From NCBI RefSeq assembly GCF_001194135.2, contig NC_068983.1, positions 167,941,364 to 168,005,363 of the forward strand: a DNA stretch of 64,000 nt, given 5' to 3'. This DNA is from Octopus bimaculoides (taxonomy: Eukaryota). The translations under genes and the position numbers were made by a program. Shown here piece after piece: positions 63,691 through 64,000 of this stretch (positions are counted from its first letter, which is position 1; each line of letters starts with the position of its first letter). The notes beneath the pieces were generated by a model. It was given only the letters and a program-made list of their open reading frames with translations, was not told the origin of the DNA and made no database searches.

Positions 63691-64000
63691 TGGAGTTAAT
63701 AAAATGAAGTACCAGTCAAATACTGGGGTTAATGCAATCAGTTTGCTTCTTCCCCTCAAAAAAAAAAACAAAAAAAAATGCTTGCAAAGGATCAGCATCC
63801 TGTTCAAAATGCATGTTGTAATCTCTACCATGGAAACCAGGTGACCAGCCATATGAATCCTAGTGCTTTGACAAAAAAAAAAAAACCCACACATATATAA
63901 TGTCACTATAACTAAATCCACCAAAGCACAGAATATACAGCTAAAACGGTTTCAAATTACCTTTCTAACTTTCTCTAGTCTAAGAAAGCTTCTTTCCCCA

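Overview
AT-rich, repeat-dense animal DNA with N gaps. The repeat landscape (tRNA-SINEs with (GAT)n tails, RTE LINEs, TTAA MITEs, long (CA)n/(TA)n) resembles octopus genomes as I recall them; the species is inferred, not shown. The only host gene I can support is a DENND5 (Rab6IP1, DENND5A/B-like) orthologue on the minus strand. It has five GT-AG, phase-compatible coding exons: 35230-35339, 19024-19558, 18070-18195, 5135-5319 and 2990-3794. They cover the uDENN, cDENN and dDENN regions. The first coding exon and the C-terminal exons were not found and probably lie outside the window. The rest is intronic: decayed RTE, R4/Dong-like and CR1-like LINEs, SINEs, mariner, hAT, MULE, piggyBac-like MITEs and a Helitron. 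Best leads: (1) a 226-nt, 96%-identical inverted repeat enclosing one DENND5 exon, which would form a near-perfect duplex in the pre-mRNA (candidate ADAR or splicing element); (2) a degenerate duplicate of a DENND5 exon with an intact acceptor and an in-frame stop; (3) a complete PHD finger inside the RTE reverse transcriptase; (4) a composite Helitron with two 5' ends; (5) SINE tails matching two co-resident LINE families. Most ORFs in the supplied track are non-coding noise. Repeat coordinates are approximate unless termini are quoted.
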